A DNA stretch of 64,000 nt from an uncultured Holophagales bacterium (GTDB lineage: Bacteria; Acidobacteriota; Thermoanaerobaculia; Multivoradales; UBA5704), in assembly GCA_963842525.1 (NCBI GenBank), contig CAWJGT010000003.1, forward strand, positions 832,001-896,000. Reading direction: 5' to 3'. The notes under the pieces were generated by a model. That model had not been told where the DNA came from. It saw only the letters and a program-made list of their open reading frames with translations, and ran no database searches. The translations under genes were made by a program, and so were the position numbers. Shown here piece after piece: positions 51,923-63,443 of the stretch. Positions within the stretch are counted from its first letter, which is position 1, and every line of letters begins with the position of its first letter.

Positions 51923-53287
51923 ATGGTCCAGATCGCGTTCCTTTCGCTCTTCCTCGGGCTGACGCTCGGACCGCAGCCGGTCGAGCTGACGGTCGGCGGC
52001 CCGGTCGCCGCGGTCGAGCTGCTGCTCGACGGCAAGCCGGCCGGCCGCCTTCAGGGGCCGCCCTGGACCGGGCAGATCGACTTCGGGCCTCATCTGGAGC
52101 CCCACGAGTTGGTGGCGCGGGCCCTCGACGACAAAGGCCAGGAGGTCGGGCGGGCGAGCCAGTGGATCAACCTGCCGCGTCCTCCTGCGGAGGTGGAGGT
52201 CCTGCTTGAACGCGGAAGCGATGGACGGGTGACCGCGGCACGTATCAAGTGGCAGAGCCTCACCGGCGAGAGCCCCTCGGGCTATGCCATCGACTTCGAC
52301 GACAAGCATCTGACCGCCGATTCCACCGGCCGCGTGCAGATCCCCGCCTACGATCCGGAGACCAGCCATGTCCTGAGCGTGGAGCTGCGGTTCCCGAAGG
52401 CGATGACGGCGCGCAAAGACCTGGCTTTCGGCGGGCGAGGCAGCGCCGAGATCTCGATGGAGCTCACCGGCGTGCCGGTGCGGCTCCGCAAGGGAAAACG
52501 GCTGCCGCCGCTCGACCGGCTCCAGGGCTGGTTTCTCGCCGGCGGACAGCCTCTCGCCGTGGCTGCGGTCGAGGACGGCCCGGCACAGCTCCTCGTCGTG
52601 CGCGACTTCAAGGCCGGCGAGCCGCTCGCCAGGCTGGGACGGCCGCGGAGCCGGGTGGCGAGGACGGAGGTCGAGAGGGCGCTGGCCGACCCGCAGGTCG
52701 CCCGTTCCCAGATGTCTCTCGGCCTCGAGGACGAGGTCCGCCTCGTCTGGCCCACGGCTACCTCCTATAGCGGCCCCGGCGCGGCAGTGTCCGGCGCGCG
52801 GGCCGATCTCTTCGACATTACCCGCGAGTACACGGCCAGGGACGGCGGCCTCCTCTGGATCCTCGCCCGGACACTGCCGCCCGCCGAGGCTCCGTCGTCC
52901 TCTCAGCGGCTGTCCGACGCCGTGTGCGTCGCCGGGTTGCGCGCTCTGGATGGACACCGGCGGAGGGCGGTCCTGCTGGTCCTGGCGGGGGAGCCGGCCG
53001 ACGGCAGCCAGTCGAGCCCCGCTCTGGTACGGCACTATCTGCAGAAGATCCGGGTCCCGCTCTTCGTCTGGTCCGTCGTGGACCCCGGGGACAAGCCGAC
53101 GCCCGGGCTTGCGGCCTGGGGCGAGGTCGAGGACGCCTCCTCGCTCAACAAGGTCAAGAAAGCGTTCGCGAAGCTGGAGGATGACCTCAAATCGCAGGTC
53201 CTGGTCTGGGTCGACGGCCGGCACCTGCCGCAGTCGATCACCCTGTCACCGGCCGCGGCCGAGGTCGTCGAGCTGCTCGGGCAGTAG
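51923..53287 (+). CDS. Hypothetical protein (Ig-like N-terminus, degenerate VWA-like C-terminus)
   Basis: VELLLDG...PPW...HELVARA Ig-like pattern; RRRAVLLVL; 454 aa. Confidence 0.6.
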   Translation: MVQIAFLSLFLGLTLGPQPVELTVGGPVAAVELLLDGKPAGRLQGPPWTGQIDFGPHLEPHELVARALDDKGQEVGRASQWINLPRPPAEVEVLLERGSDGRVTAARIKWQSLTGESPSGYAIDFDDKHLTADSTGRVQIPAYDPETSHVLSVELRFPKAMTARKDLAFGGRGSAEISMELTGVPVRLRKGKRLPPLDRLQGWFLAGGQPLAVAAVEDGPAQLLVVRDFKAGEPLARLGRPRSRVARTEVERALADPQVARSQMSLGLEDEVRLVWPTATSYSGPGAAVSGARADLFDITREYTARDGGLLWILARTLPPAEAPSSSQRLSDAVCVAGLRALDGHRRRAVLLVLAGEPADGSQSSPALVRHYLQKIRVPLFVWSVVDPGDKPTPGLAAWGEVEDASSLNKVKKAFAKLEDDLKSQVLVWVDGRHLPQSITLSPAAAEVVELLGQ

Positions 53288-53289
53288 GC

Positions 53290-53500
53290 CCTTCCTGCGG
53301 GCGAGCGTACCGCACCCCGCCGATCTGGGTGATCGCCTGGACGCGGCGGGACAGCTCTTCGCTCGTGAGCTGGCTTTCCGGCAACCCGTCGAAATAGGCG
53401 AGCGCCCGGTCGCCCAGGGAATCCTGGATCTCCAACCGGTCGACCGCTTCCAGCCGGATGCGGAGGTCGCCGAGCATGAAGCCGATCAGGCCCTCGTGAA
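53290..53500 (-). pseudogene. Fragment resembling the coiled-coil/TPR junction of Ser/Thr kinase-TPR or TIR-TPR proteins
   Basis: GLIGFMLGDLRIRLEAVDRLEIQDSLGDRALAYF. Confidence 0.4.
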
Positions 53501-53672
53501 TGGAGAGGGGGGTGGCCTTCCCTTCCTGAAGGCCCGGGCTAATTCCGACCGCCCCTGCGGGGCTGGCCTGCGGCAGTCCAGGGAGCCTGGGTGCTGGTAG
53601 GCCAGTCTGACAAAGTAGAATTAGGAAGGGGCCGGAGCCAGATGGCTCCGGCCCAATGGGCTGTCGTTCAGG

Positions 53673-55137
53673 TCAGTGAACTGGGGGAGGAGTCGTCCCC
53701 CGCCGCGTGCTCCGGGGGTAGGGCGGCTGCGGATCGGCATCCGGCTGCGGACCGGCGTCTGGCTGCGGAGCCTCGCTCAGCTCTTTCAGCTTCTTCAGCG
53801 CCGCCTCGACATTGAGCCTGCCGGTGATCGCCGGGAGCGCCCGATGTGAAGGGGGTGGCCGAGTCGATCAGCGCCGTGCGGATCGTCAGGTTGTTCGTGG
53901 ACAAGCCATTGGCAATCGCGTAGGACTTCAGCAGAGCACAGGCTCCGGCGACGAGCGCAGCCGCCGGGGAGGTACCGCTATTCACCATATAGGGGACGCG
54001 CTCGTCGATCCGGGTCGGGATGGTGGAGTACACCGCCGTGCCCGGCGCGCTGATATGGACCTTGCGAATGTGCCCCCACGCAGGTACCGGCTGGCCGTCC
54101 GCGTCGGTCCCGCCCACGGAGATCACGTTGTCGATATCGAAGGAGGCGGGATAATGCAGCGTCTTCCCCTCGTGGTTTCCGGCCGATGCCACGACCAGGA
54201 CACCCTTTCTTCGAGGGCGTAGCGGATCGCCTTTTCGACGTCGCTGGTCCCGAACTCCTCGCGGATGGGGCTTCCCCAGGCGCAGAGGATGACGTCGGCG
54301 CCCTTGTCAACGGCGAATCGTATCGCCTTGGCGGCCAGGCTGCTCGTGCCGACGCCGCGGTCGCTGAAGGCCCGGATCGGCATCAGCTTGCACTTGGGGC
54401 AGATGCCGGTGATGCCGATCCCATCGTCTCCCTCGGCGCCGACCAGGCCCTGCGCCATAAGTGCCGTGCCAGTGGCGGTCGTCCGGATCGAGTGCGCCGT
54501 CATAGAGGTCCGTGCCGACCAACTGCCCATCCTGGCGGAAGATGTTGTCGTCCAGGTCAGGATGCCGATAGTCGACGCCGGTATCGATCACCGCCACGAT
54601 CACCGCTTCGCCGCCTTCGTGAATCTTCCAGGCCTCTTGGGCCCGGATCAGCTTCAGAGTCTCTTCCTGGCGGTCGAAATCCTGGTCCGCGGGCTGCCCG
54701 GGGAACGGATTGACTTCGATCACGTAGTCGGGCTCGGCGATCGCATTGTTGGGGGCAAGTGCTTCGTGGAGACCCGAAAGCAGGGTCAGCATCTTGCCCG
54801 AGGCACTGATCTGGCGAAATTCGCTGGTGGCCGGAGCGGGCTCGACCCGGAAGCTGAAGCTTGCAGGTGAGCTCCGGATCTGGACGTCCGCCCCTCCGGC
54901 CTTTTCCACGTCCCTTCTCGCCTTGTCCAGCAGGCCTTGGTCGCCGGCGCTCACGAAAAAGTGATTGGCAACGGTCCAGATCTCTTCGTCCTCGTTGGCC
55001 ACTGTTGTGCCGACCTCGATCCAACGGGCGAGAAGCGGATAGTGGAAATCGGCCTCGAAGATCTCAACGTTCCAATTCTTGCCGCCGACAGAGACGACGA
55101 TCTTATCGGTACTGATTTTTCTCGCGGGGAAGCGCAT
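53673..55137 (-). CDS. Subtilase (peptidase S8) with about three frameshifts
   Basis: VAVIDTG (Asp), HGT (His), ASAGN, SGTSPA (Ser), GRLNVEAAL spread over successive frames; aaggagg RBS. Confidence 0.8.
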
Positions 55138-55150
55138 AGGATTTCCTCCT

Positions 55151-56183
55151 TCAAACGTGAGTGCCCGGAGGGCAGAGGACACTGTTGGGTGTATCGAGAT
55201 GGTCATGGACTTCCGGGAGCCTGAATGAATCCGTGCCGCTCCGTGTGGCGAGGAGGTCGAAATACATTCTGAGATGCAGGGGTCGTTCAGACTCATTGAT
55301 CTCGCGATCGGGGAGGTTGGTGATGCTCGCGCGGACCACGTTCTGATCTCTCCTTTCCCGCGAGTCGGCGCGGGCCGGACCGAGCTCCACGAGCCCATCC
55401 GGGAAGTTGATCCGGACGGGGACTTCGAGGTTCTTCATGCGCAGCACGCTCATGCCGGCGAGGGCCTTCGACTGGTTCTTGTCGAAGCGTCCGGCACTGT
55501 CCTTGAAGTCCCAGATCAGATATCTGCCGCTCAGGCCGCGTGCCACGCGCGAGCCCTCCAGAGTGCCGTGCTCCAAGATCGATGCGGACTGCCGGGACAT
55601 TTTCGAAACTGCGGAGCCCGCTACCCCCTGTCACGAGGCGGATGTTGAGGAGCCAGTCGAGCCAGACCTCGTCGGCTTCGGTGCGCGGCTCCCGGATGTC
55701 GAGAGCGTCGAGCTCCGGCGGGCGCCAGGTTCCTTCCAGGCTGCCCTTGCCCTTCGCCAGGCCGATCGTGATCGGTCCTTCCAACCGCCGCCTACCGATG
55801 GGCAGGCCGTCCGGCCCGGGTATGAGATCGTGATTCTTCTGGGAACGCACCGTGAGGTTGCGGACCGGATAGGTGAGGTAGGGAATGTGGGGCGTGTGAG
55901 CTGTGCTGGCGGGGCGTCTGCCTTAGGGGCTTCGGGGATGGCGGTCCTCGCTGCTGTTGCCCTGGCTAGCGTGCTTGTGCTCATGGCCCTTGCTGGCGTG
56001 GCTCGATCCATTGGTCTTGTGCATGTGGCTCTCACTGCCATGGGCTTGGTGAGCAGGCTCGGCATGGTTGTGACCGTTGCTGCTGACCAGCAGGGCGGTG
56101 AGCTTGTCCGGCTTCCGCTTGTCCTTCCCTTGGAGGACGAAAAGGCAGAGGCCTGTGAACGACAGCTCGAAATCGAACGGCAT
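55151..56183 (-). CDS. CHAT-associated hypothetical protein with His-rich insert; frameshifted
   Basis: aaggag RBS; MPFDFELSFTGLCLFV start, His-rich tract, C-terminal HLRMYFDLL...CPP pieced across three frames. Confidence 0.55.
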
Positions 56184-56278
56184 GTAGGTCTCCTTTCCTC
56201 GGACTTGTTGTGAGGCGCCCCCACCGGGCGCCTTTCCAGGTTGGCTGCAGCTTTCGAGTAAAGGAGACGGACCCGGCG

Positions 56279-59200
56279 CTAGTTTTCCGGGCCAAAGACG
56301 CCGCCGAAGGCCTCGAAGCCGGCCCAGGCCGATGGGGAGCGGAGGCGCTCGTCGGAATGGCCCAGGAGCTCGCGTTGCGCCGCGCGCAAAGCAACGGCCG
56401 GATCGCCACCGCCGCGGAGGGAGCGATAAAAAGCGAGCATGAGCTGCCGGGTCGCCTCGTCCTCGACCCGCCATAGGCTGGACACCACGACCGGCGGCCC
56501 GGCGGCCAGAAAGGCGGCGGCCAGGCCGACCAGGCTCTCGCGGCTGGCTGCCGCGCCATCGAGAGTCCGGCACGCGGAGAGGACGACGAGCTCCGTCCCT
56601 TCGAGCCGATAGCTCGCGAGGTCACGGGCATACAGAATCCCGGGGTCCTCTCCCTCCGGAGCGAAGACCAGCCGGGAGAGCTTCCGGCGAGGTGGGGTGC
56701 AGAAGGGCGTGGCCGGCAAAGTGCACGATGCGGTGGCCCGGCGCACCGGCCAGAAAGGCCCTACGGGTCGCCTCCGTCCCACGGAGGACGTCCGACCGAG
56801 GCAGGAGGGTCGCCACATCCGAGGCCTCGGCGTCGGCGGCGGGGAGGCGCCGGAGCCGCGGATTGAGATTCTGGTCGAACGCGGGATCTCCGATGACAAA
56901 CGCATCCGCCGGCGTAGGCTCGAGCCGGGATTTCCGTTCCAGGGCGGCGAGATACAGCGTGGCGCTGGGTGCGAGGGCGACCGGATGGTCCTCGACCAGA
57001 TAGCGGCGCCGGCCGGGATCGAAGAGCGCGGCGAACGGAACATGGACGAGGGAGCGGTCCGGCACGAAGACCAGCGGGGAGCCCTCCGGCAACAGTCCTT
57101 CCAGCGGGCGGACCAGCCTGGCGTGGAGAGCCGCTGCAGCTTGTTGGATCTCGGGGATCGATGCCCGGCGCTCCACGGCTGAGCGCAGGGCGGAGATGGC
57201 GCGCTCGAGCTCTTTTTGCGGGACCTCGGTCTGCACAAGCTCGACGGAACCCCGGCGGCCGACCCAGGCGAGCAACCGGTCGGGGAGCACCAGGTACTCA
57301 ACCAAGGTAACCCCTTCCGGAAGCTCCGCGAGAATGCGATCGGCCGGCAGCGCCTCGGGCAGGCGTTGCCCTCCGCCAGCCGTCTGAGAGGGGAGCGGGG
57401 ACGCCATGAGATCGAGCAGCAGCCGGCTGCGGGAGCGCTCGGCGAACGTCAGGGCTGCCTCAACGTCGTGGTGGGAGTCCACCTGGAGGCGGATCATCTC
57501 GTCGAACACCGTCTGGACCTGCCCGAAAGCCGTGAGGCGCAGCCCTTTGTCCCGCACGGTTTCACGGATGCGCTCGTGCTCCTCGATGGCGCGCCGCAGG
57601 TCGGCCTCTTCCCGGGGGATGTCGCCCAGATTCCGGTAGGCGCGCGCTCGCACGGCCAACAAGCTTGGGGTCAGGTAGAGAAAGCCATTTTCAACCCCGG
57701 AGGCGACAGCGCGTCCGGCCAGACGAGCGGCTTCCTCCGGCTCCCTGTCCACAAGCAGGTCGGCTTCGAACAGATCGAAATTGGAGAGGACGCGCTGGCG
57801 GGCCCCTGCGGTCAGGATACTGGCGGAGTCCTGGCGGCCGGAGAAAATCTCTTCCAAAGCTTCCGGAACGCGCCCGAGCCCTGCGAGTGCCTGGCCGCGT
57901 TGCAGCCTTGCCTCGGCCATCTCCTCGGGCATTTTCAAGGTTTCTGCACTGGCCAGCAGCTCCTCGGCGAAAGCCAGGGCTGGCCCGAGCTGCCCCTGTC
58001 CGAGAAGGTCTCCGGCCGTTTGCGAGAGCGCCGCGATGATGTGGCGCCGGTCGCCGGACCGGCGGAGCGCGGCGAGACCTGCCAGCCGTGCCTCCCAGGC
58101 GCTCTCGGGCTGGCCGAGGTTCTGGAACGCTGTGGCCAACTGAATGAACGGAATGGCGGAGGCCTGCGGACCTGAGCTCCGCTCCAGCCGGGCGACAGCC
58201 GAACGCGACCAGGTGAGGCTCTCCTCCGGACGGTTGCGGACCGCTGCGATGGTGCCGAGCATCCAATCGGCGCGCCCTGCCAGAGCGGGATAGCGGGATG
58301 CGATCGCGGGACGCACCAGACGCAGAAAACGCGGGTACGCCGCCATCGGATCACTGTAATAGTCACAGATGCCGATGTAGAGCTCCGTCCACGAGGCGAA
58401 GGGGCTGCCGCCGGCCGCCAGCGCCTTGCCTGCCGCAACCAGCAGGGGGCGGGCTTCTTGGAAGTCTCGATCGTTGTACCGTTGCAGCGCTTGGCGGAAG
58501 AGCAGGTGTCCGCGCTGCAAAGCCGGCAGGCGGCCTTGAGCCTTGCCAGCCCGCTCGATCGCCGCGACAGCGTCGAAAATCATTGCATCACCGGCTCGGT
58601 CGTGAAGGGCGGTCCCGATCTGGCGCGCCGCGGAGATGGGATCGAGGCCCCCGGGAAGGGATCGATCCTCCGCCCAGGCTGTCAGCAGCTCCTCTTCGGC
58701 CCAGAGGCGGGCGTGGTCGGGCAGCGCCGAGACGATCTCCTCCACGGTGTGCGGATCGGTGCGCGCCAGAGCCGCCTGGAGGCGGGGCTGCTCCCGCTCC
58801 CAGACCTCTGCGAGCGTGGGCTTCTTCAACTCGTCGATGTGGCTCTGGGCGTCGGCGGACCAGGCGGAGTGCGAATCGGCCTGGCGATAGGCCTCCCAGG
58901 CTTCGATCGCCTGGCCGGTGAGCTGCAGGTGGGTGAGGGCCTCGGCGCGGTTGAAGAGGGCCTCGGGCAGGCCCGGCGCCGCCTCCAACGCCCGTTCGGC
59001 GGCACTCAGGGCGAGGACGAAATCGAAGGGTCGCTTTTCGCTCTGCCCACGGGAGAGGTAGGCGGCGGCCAGGTCGCTCAGCGTGGCGGCCGTCGCAGGC
59101 TGCTGGAGGGTCAACCCTTCCAGGGTGAGGATGCTCCTCTGGAATTCGCCAGCGGCGAGGCGGCGGACGCCCAGCCTGTGCAGCGAATCCGGGCTCGGCT

Positions 59201-59402
59201 CCCCCCGCTCCAGCTCCCGGGTGTCCTGACGGGGCTCCGCTCCGACAGCTGTCCCGGCGAGCCCGCTCTCGCTCAGCCGCAGATGACGGAATACCGGGTG
59301 CGAGGGGACGCCCGGCCGTTTTTCAGACGGCGCATCGCCGCATCCATGGAACAGGCTGAGGACGGCCAGGAGACCGCTGATCCATAAAATCCGACGGGCC
59401 AT
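56279..59402 (-). CDS. TPR-CHAT protein with lipoprotein-like signal; frameshift near 56690
   Basis: FHGC lipobox-like, ALFNRA TPRs, IVHFAGHA and LVVLSACRT, WAGF. Confidence 0.85.
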
Positions 59403-59435
59403 GACATCTCTACGAACAGGCAGAGGCTAAAGTTG

Positions 59436-59819
59436 TCACCCCTCCGCCAGCCGGAAGTGCGGATTCTCGATGATCCCGAAGAAGTTCCCGAACGGGTCCT
59501 GGACGATGGCGACCTTGATGCCGCCTCCGACTTCCCGGACGCCGCTGTGCTCGCGGGCGCCTTGCCCGATCAGGTGGGCAAAGGTGGCTTCCGCATCGGC
59601 CACGCCCCAGTAGGCCACGGACCCGCCAGGTCCGGGTTTTCCGTCCTCGGTGTCCGGGTCGAGCCCCAACTCGTAGCCGCCGACGTTGAAGCCGACGTAG
59701 AACGGCTCGTCGAAGTACGGCTGGATGCCGAGGGCCGAGCTGTACCAAGCCTTTGCCTTGTCCAGGTCGTCCACCTTGTAGATGACGGTGCGCAGGCCGA
59801 GGAACGGTGGTTTGTCCAT
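59436..59819 (-). CDS. VOC/glyoxalase family protein
   Basis: LRTVIYKVDDLDKAKAWY, ELGLDP, DPFGNFFGIIE. Confidence 0.88.
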   Translation of the reverse strand: MDKPPFLGLRTVIYKVDDLDKAKAWYSSALGIQPYFDEPFYVGFNVGGYELGLDPDTEDGKPGPGGSVAYWGVADAEATFAHLIGQGAREHSGVREVGGGIKVAIVQDPFGNFFGIIENPHFRLAEG

Positions 59820-60079
59820 GGACGATCTCCCCTTGATCTGAGGTTCTCTGTGTCGTTGCTCACCGTATACCACAGGGGGCGCCATGAGGTAGTCAGCACC
59901 CCGCAACGTCCCGTGTCGAGATTGCCTCTGCGTGAGGACAGCGCTGGTCCGCATGGGCAGTCGGGGGAGGCCTCCTGATCCGCCCTCGGTGCGCCTCCGC
60001 AGCCGCTGGAAACCCGCGATCAGGACCGCGTGCCGCGCCGGCTCCGGCCATGTCGGGGCATGTGGGCTCGCGAGCCCCC

Positions 60080-60330
60080 GGCGCGGACCCACGGCCCCTG
60101 TTGTACGGACCTGGGTCCCGGTCACCGGGACCGAAAAAAGCGACCCGTTTTCGCGGTCCGTGCCACAGGGACCGCGGAACCGGTAGCGCGGACCACGGGT
60201 CCTGTTCGCGCGATGCGTGGTCCGCGTTCCACGGACCGTCGAACCGGACGCCGGTTCCGTGGTCCCTGGGCAGGACCCAAGGTCCGCGTGACGCGTTCCG
60301 CGGTCCCGGTCGCGCGGACCGCGGGTCCTG
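60080..60330. repeat. Degenerate ~21-bp tandem repeat
   Basis: Recurring cgcggacc(a)cgggtcc(t/c)g-like units. Confidence 0.55.
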
Positions 60331-60380
60331 CAAGCCGTCGACCTCCTGGGCTCGGACGTTTCGTCGTCCGTTCAGAACCA

Positions 60381-60452
60381 TCCAGCTAGATGGACCGGCT
60401 GTCTCTGAGTATGGTAGAAGCCCGAGGATGCTCATTTCCATGCCCTCGAACC
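60381..60452 (+). repeat. Diverged duplicate of the upstream/start region of the 61042 gene
   Basis: ccagctagatggaccggct...tatggtagaagcc...catgccctcgaacctc versus 60981-61056. Confidence 0.75.
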
Positions 60453-60454
60453 TC

Positions 60455-60635
60455 TTTTCCCTGGCTGCTCAACGCGCGGCCGGAAATCGCCCGCCGCGCC
60501 AAGGCGGTGATCCACATGGACATGGTCGGGGGCAATCCCGAGATCACCAAGGCGATCTTCCACGTCACCCGGTCACCGAAGAGCCTCCCGACCTTCGTCA
60601 ACGACGTGGGCGAGGCCTTTGGCCGCTTCGTGGAC
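60455..60635 (+). pseudogene. Internal fragment of an M28/DUF4910-like peptidase
   Basis: AVIHMDMVGG metal-ligand-like motif. Confidence 0.5.
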
Positions 60636-60649
60636 GGCGTCTCCGCCCT

Positions 60650-60850
60650 GGCCGATGTACCGCCGGCCGCGCGCGGCCAGCACGGCGCCGATCTCGCCCG
60701 TGCCGGCCCCCAGCTCGAGCACGATCTCTCCGGGGGCCGGAGAGGCGAGCGCCAGCAGGGCCTCCGCGACCGCTCCGACCGCATCGGCCGGCAGCCCGGC
60801 GCGGCGGTCGAAGCGATCGGCCTGAAGGTCGAAGCGGTCGCGGCTACGCA
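60650..60850 (-). pseudogene. N-terminal fragment of a class I SAM methyltransferase
   Basis: FDLQADRFD...VLELGAGTGEIG motif I. Confidence 0.6.
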
Positions 60851-61041
60851 GCTCAGTGATGGCCCTGATGCTCGCTCTTCGTTCCCGGGGCGTGTACGGT
60901 TTGCAGGCCGGGAGCGGCTTGACCGTTGGAGTCTGGTCGCAGTTGTCGGTCAAAAGGCGGCCCGAGTGTAGCACGGGGCCCCCAGCTAGACGGACCGGCT
61001 TTCTCTGGGTATGGTAGAAGCCAGGGAGGACGCTCATTCCC

Positions 61042-61898
61042 ATGCTATCGAACCTCCATCGCCAGGCGCTGGGTCGTCTGTCCAAGGACGAAACGACCGC
61101 TCTCGGGCGTTTTACAGCTTGGCTGGAGGGCGATTCCGAAGGGGTACAGATCCTGGAGAACCTCCGCGCCGAGGCTCATCTGGTCGGGGACGGAGCGTTT
61201 GGTCATGCTGGCGAGCTGTCGGCCTTCCTGCGGCGCTGCGCTGCCCGCTTTGGTGGTGGGGCCGGCCCTTCCGGTTCGCCTCGTGCCTATGAAGATGTGT
61301 GCGAGGAATTCACCGGCCGCGGGCTGCGCATCCCTCGGGAGCACCTGCCGGACGCTCTTCTGCGATACAGCACGAGCCGTGCGCTCTTGGGACGGCTTAT
61401 CGAGCAGTTGTTGGGAGACCAGGTGCTCGCGGACTTCCAGCAGGATCTGCTGCCTCCGGAAAAGGCATGCGAGCTGCTGGCTGCCGGCTGGGACTCCTCT
61501 GAGCTCCAGGATGTCATGCTGGGCATCAAGCCAAAGGTCTTCGCCACATTCGAGCACGACCAGCCGGCGCCACGGGATGACGCCACGACTCTGAGCCGGG
61601 CTCTGGCCCTTCTCTTCTGGGGGCGCGTCCGCACGAGAGAGGAAATCCTCTTCGAGTCTCTCATATCCGACGGACTCCGTGACCGACCCGCGGTTCCCGA
61701 CTGTGGCAGAGGCCGGTTGGAGCTCCCCTCTTTCAGCCGGCGCAGGAGCAGAGCCCGGATCTCGGGAACCCTCGCACATGCTGCGGATGGACCCGCCCTC
61801 TGGGGCCTCATCCCGCGCAGCCCGAAATTGTGCATGACAACGTTCCGGTTACAATCGTAGAGACCCCGCTGCGTTGGGTCGGAAGGGTTCCTTTGTGA
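61042..61898 (+). CDS. Hypothetical protein, two probable +1 frameshifts (~61655, ~61725)
   Basis: ggagg RBS; reconstructed tail RFPTVAEAGW...FQP...GWTRPL...QPEIVH...VPL* ends in a GTGA overlap with the next gene. Confidence 0.55.
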
Positions 61899-63163
61899 GC
61901 GAGACCGTATTTCAGCCACTCGTCCGAGAAGACGCCAGCCTCGACCCCGCCAGCTTCGAGCGGATGGGGGAGAGCTGGATCGAGAGCTGGCTGCGGGAGC
62001 GCTTGAGTGGTAGAGACCCTCACTTCCGCATCGATGTTCGAGCGGGCGAGGATCCGGAAGCCTTCGTTGTCGGCCTGCTGAGACAGGCAGGTCCCGCCCA
62101 TCCGGCGGCGCTCGCCATCGGCCGCTCGGTGTTGCGCCTGCTCGACGAGGCGCGGCGTCTCGCACCTCAGACACCTCCCTGGCTCAGCCCGCTTCTGCAG
62201 CTCTGTCAACAGGTGCGACTCGATCTCACTTTCTCGTGGTTCCGCGAAGAGCTTCAGGCGATCGCCAGTGCCCCGGACGCCGCGCGCGAGCGATGGGGTG
62301 ACCTCCGGACGGTCCGAGACATCCTGCTTGCGGCCGTTCTCCAAGCTCCGGGCAGATCTCCCTCCCCGGCCATGGAAGCCTGGCTGGCGCTCCTGAAAGC
62401 TGCGGATTTCTCCTCGCTGGCACTCGCGGGGCTGGGATCTTCCTTCGAGCAGAAGCTTCTGTATCTCTCTGAGTGGTGGAATCATTGTCCGCCAGACCGG
62501 AGGGGGCGAGAGCTCAAGTACCTGATCTATCGGGCCCTCGATCAGGAGGAGCCCATTCATACTCTCCTGACCCAGGCTCCCCCTTTTCCTGCCGAATTGC
62601 GAGAAGCCATCGACCAGGAATTGCAAGCGCAGGGTGCTCAACCCTACTTCATAGGAACACCAGCATCTCCTCCTTCTGAGGCCTGTGCTCCTGCGGTGTC
62701 CAGGCGACGGCTCAAAAAAAGGGTGTTTATTAGCTATATCCACGAAGATCAGAGGTGGAAGGACAGGTTGGCCGCCCACCTTAAAGCACTGGAGAATGTT
62801 GGCGAGTTGGAGGTATGGGACGACCGCAAGATTCACGCCGGTGCATCTTGGCACGAAGAGATGATGAGTGTAATAGACGAAGCCGGAGTCGCCGTAATGC
62901 TTATCTCGGCCAACTATCTTAGTTCGGAGTTTGTCGCCAGAAATGAAATTCCGCATCTACTCCGGAGGCGTCGGGCAGGGAGCTTAAAGATCATTCCAGT
63001 TCTACTCGGCCCTTGTGCCTGGCGTAGGATTCCCTGGCTTGGAGCTATGGGGGTGCGACCACGAGATGGGAAGCCCCTAGCACAGCACAGATTTTTGGAA
63101 ACAGAAGAACTTTTCAGCGAGATCACCGAAGAGATTTTCGATCTTGCAAGCAAAGATTCTTGA
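61895..63163 (+). CDS. Protein with helical N-terminus and C-terminal TIR domain
   Basis: VFISYIHED...VWDDRKI..G..W...LISANYLSSEF..NEI...IIPV. Confidence 0.85.
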   Translation: MSETVFQPLVREDASLDPASFERMGESWIESWLRERLSGRDPHFRIDVRAGEDPEAFVVGLLRQAGPAHPAALAIGRSVLRLLDEARRLAPQTPPWLSPLLQLCQQVRLDLTFSWFREELQAIASAPDAARERWGDLRTVRDILLAAVLQAPGRSPSPAMEAWLALLKAADFSSLALAGLGSSFEQKLLYLSEWWNHCPPDRRGRELKYLIYRALDQEEPIHTLLTQAPPFPAELREAIDQELQAQGAQPYFIGTPASPPSEACAPAVSRRRLKKRVFISYIHEDQRWKDRLAAHLKALENVGELEVWDDRKIHAGASWHEEMMSVIDEAGVAVMLISANYLSSEFVARNEIPHLLRRRRAGSLKIIPVLLGPCAWRRIPWLGAMGVRPRDGKPLAQHRFLETEELFSEITEEIFDLASKDS

Positions 63164-63183
63164 GACGATGCACACTCGACATC

Positions 63184-63429
63184 ATGAGCCAACCTTCGAG
63201 TCTGCCTCTCGGAGCCATAATGACCCAGGAGTTCATGCACTTGAACAAAGGCGTAATACTTATGAAGAAAACATCTGTGCTTCTTCCGAAGCATGCAGAT
63301 CGTGAATCGTTGACTCTGATCACGAGAGATGTCTTTCTCGAGCTGATCGAGAAGGCCCGCGCCGAGATCAAGGCCGGCAAGAAGCTCTCGCTGGCAGACA
63401 TGAAGCGAGAGGCCTCGCTGTGGGACTGA
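63184..63429 (+). CDS. Small antitoxin-like protein or remnant
   Basis: C-terminal ELIEKARAEIKAGKKLSL resembles type II antitoxin tails; no toxin adjacent. Confidence 0.35.
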   Translation: MSQPSSLPLGAIMTQEFMHLNKGVILMKKTSVLLPKHADRESLTLITRDVFLELIEKARAEIKAGKKLSLADMKREASLWD

Positions 63430-63443
63430 CCGGAACGCGCACG

